Below, in pieces: positions 63,009 to 64,000 of a DNA stretch of 64,000 nucleotides. A program made the translations under genes and the position numbers. The notes under the pieces were generated by a model that saw only the letters and a program-made list of their open reading frames with translations, did not search any database and had not been told where the DNA came from. How positions within the stretch are numbered: position 1 is the first letter of the stretch; each line of letters begins with the position of its first letter. Source of the stretch: Actinomycetota bacterium (GTDB lineage: Bacteria > Actinomycetota > Acidimicrobiia > Acidimicrobiales > SZUA-35); contig JBCCFL010000002.1 of the NCBI GenBank assembly GCA_039029735.1, positions 104,684 to 168,683 of the forward strand. The letters run 5' to 3'.

Positions 63009-64000
63009 TCAGTCGTCGCTCAGGCCGTACACCGACCGAGCAATCTCGTCCGAGATGACGCCGACGGCGACATCGTTGGCCACGAGTTCGGGCGCCCGCT
63101 CCTGCGGGTCGCCGAAGCCCCCTCCGCCGCCGGTCATGGTGCGGATGACGTCACCCTTCTTGAGCGACACGTTGGCGCTCTTGAGTGCGTGCTGTTCCTC
63201 GGGCGTGCCGGGGTTGATCACCACGTCGGGGCCAGTGGCCTCCTGGCCTCCGGCGAGGCCCCAGGCCGGGGTCTTGCTCCGCTCGAACCAGGTGGAGATC
63301 GTGGTGTCGCCCAGGAGTTCGAACTCCCGGCTGACGCCGACGCCGCCGCGGTACTTGCCGTGGCCCGACGAATCGGTGCGGTAGCCGTAGTGGCGAACGC
63401 GGAGCGGGTACTTGGTCTCCAGTACCTCGATCGGCATGTCTTTGAGCGAGCCGTTCACGTTGTTGATGAGGGCGTCCTGGCCGTCGGAGCCGTTCCATGC
63501 ACCCCAGCCGCCGACGGTGGGCTCCACGTGGAGCCACGGGGCCTTGGTGTCGGGATCGACGCCACTGAGGAAGATCACCATCGAGTCGCCGTAGCTGGCG
63601 GCGGCCGCTCGCTCCGGCACGGCGTCGGCGAGGGCCTTCACCACGAGATCGATCAGCAGCCCGAGGGGGGTGAAGTACCACTCCACTGGGAACGGTTCCA
63701 CGGCGCCGACCAGCGAGCCCTCTCGCACGTCAACGGTGAGGGCGCGGAACGAGCCTCCGTTGGGCGGGCTGTCGGGATCGATGAGCAGCTTGTAGGCCAC
63801 CCGGGCCGCGGCAACCGCCTGAGTGGCGCCGCAGTTCACGGGGCCGGTGCAGGCATCGTCGGTCTGGGTGAGGTCGACGTGCATCGTGTCGCCGTCGATC
63901 ACCACCTTCACCCTCACATCCACCGGCTCGTCACCGATGCCGTCGCTGTCGATGCTGCCTTCGGCGTGGTACTCGCCGTCGGAGATCGCACTGATGAACT
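63009..64000 (-). CDS. Hydantoinase B/oxoprolinase family protein (HyuB-like), C-terminal part; the 5' end lies outside the window
   Basis: The reading frame stays open to the window edge upstream of the listed GTG at 63923. It has typical HyuB C-terminal motifs (GGWGA, GHGKYRGG, GGGGFGDP). Confidence 0.85.
   Translation of the reverse strand, partial: FISAISDGEYHAEGSIDSDGIGDEPVDVRVKVVIDGDTMHVDLTQTDDACTGPVNCGATQAVAAARVAYKLLIDPDSPPNGGSFRALTVDVREGSLVGAVEPFPVEWYFTPLGLLIDLVVKALADAVPERAAAASYGDSMVIFLSGVDPDTKAPWLHVEPTVGGWGAWNGSDGQDALINNVNGSLKDMPIEVLETKYPLRVRHYGYRTDSSGHGKYRGGVGVSREFELLGDTTISTWFERSKTPAWGLAGGQEATGPDVVINPGTPEEQHALKSANVSLKKGDVIRTMTGGGGGFGDPQERAPELVANDVAVGVISDEIARSVYGLSDD

Overview
A 64-kb, high-GC window (roughly 68-70% by eye) that is densely coding. 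I call about 57 CDS, many joined by 1-nt or 4-nt start/stop overlaps. The gene content (gatCAB, a PASTA-domain fragment, an F420/deazaflavin-type nitroreductase, PspC-domain sensors, Pro-rich and acidic low-complexity linkers) suggests Actinomycetota, possibly Acidimicrobiia; that placement is an inference only. I saw no rRNA, tRNA, CRISPR array, transposase or integrase. Most genes are housekeeping or ordinary metabolism and transport: gatCAB, engB, lon, ilvD, acyl-CoA and 3-hydroxyacyl-CoA dehydrogenases, MATE and MFS transporters, several ABC systems, two two-component systems, an ECF sigma factor, and a form-II CoxL-like molybdoenzyme. The locus most worth a second look is a translationally coupled gene pair at about 13.4-16.5 kb. 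The first gene encodes a 625-658 aa protein with a long N-terminal region I cannot assign and a C-terminal R-S-ExE ADP-ribosyltransferase domain. Its stop overlaps (ATGA) the start of an ADP-ribosylglycohydrolase (DraG/ARH family) gene that carries an N-terminal extension of about 55 aa. This is the architecture of an ART toxin with an ARH immunity protein (Tre1/Tri1-like logic), or else a reversible ADP-ribosylation switch, and no secretion genes lie in the window. Secondary items are listed here.
- A NOX/ferric-reductase-like flavocytochrome sits divergent from an OmpR-type two-component operon that also encodes a small membrane protein with two His-x13-His pairs.
- A structured segment with a C-rich loop and a terminator lies downstream of lon and may be an sRNA.
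- An AT-rich perfect palindrome lies between lon and a gene for a ribbon-helix-helix-tailed protein.
- Two atypical PEP-utilizing/PPDK-like phosphotransfer proteins lie within 5.5 kb of each other.
- A PhyH-HEAT fusion and an orphan CoxL-like subunit are also present.
All family assignments come from reading the supplied ORF translations for motifs. No HMM or BLAST search was run, so start codons and functional specifics are provisional.
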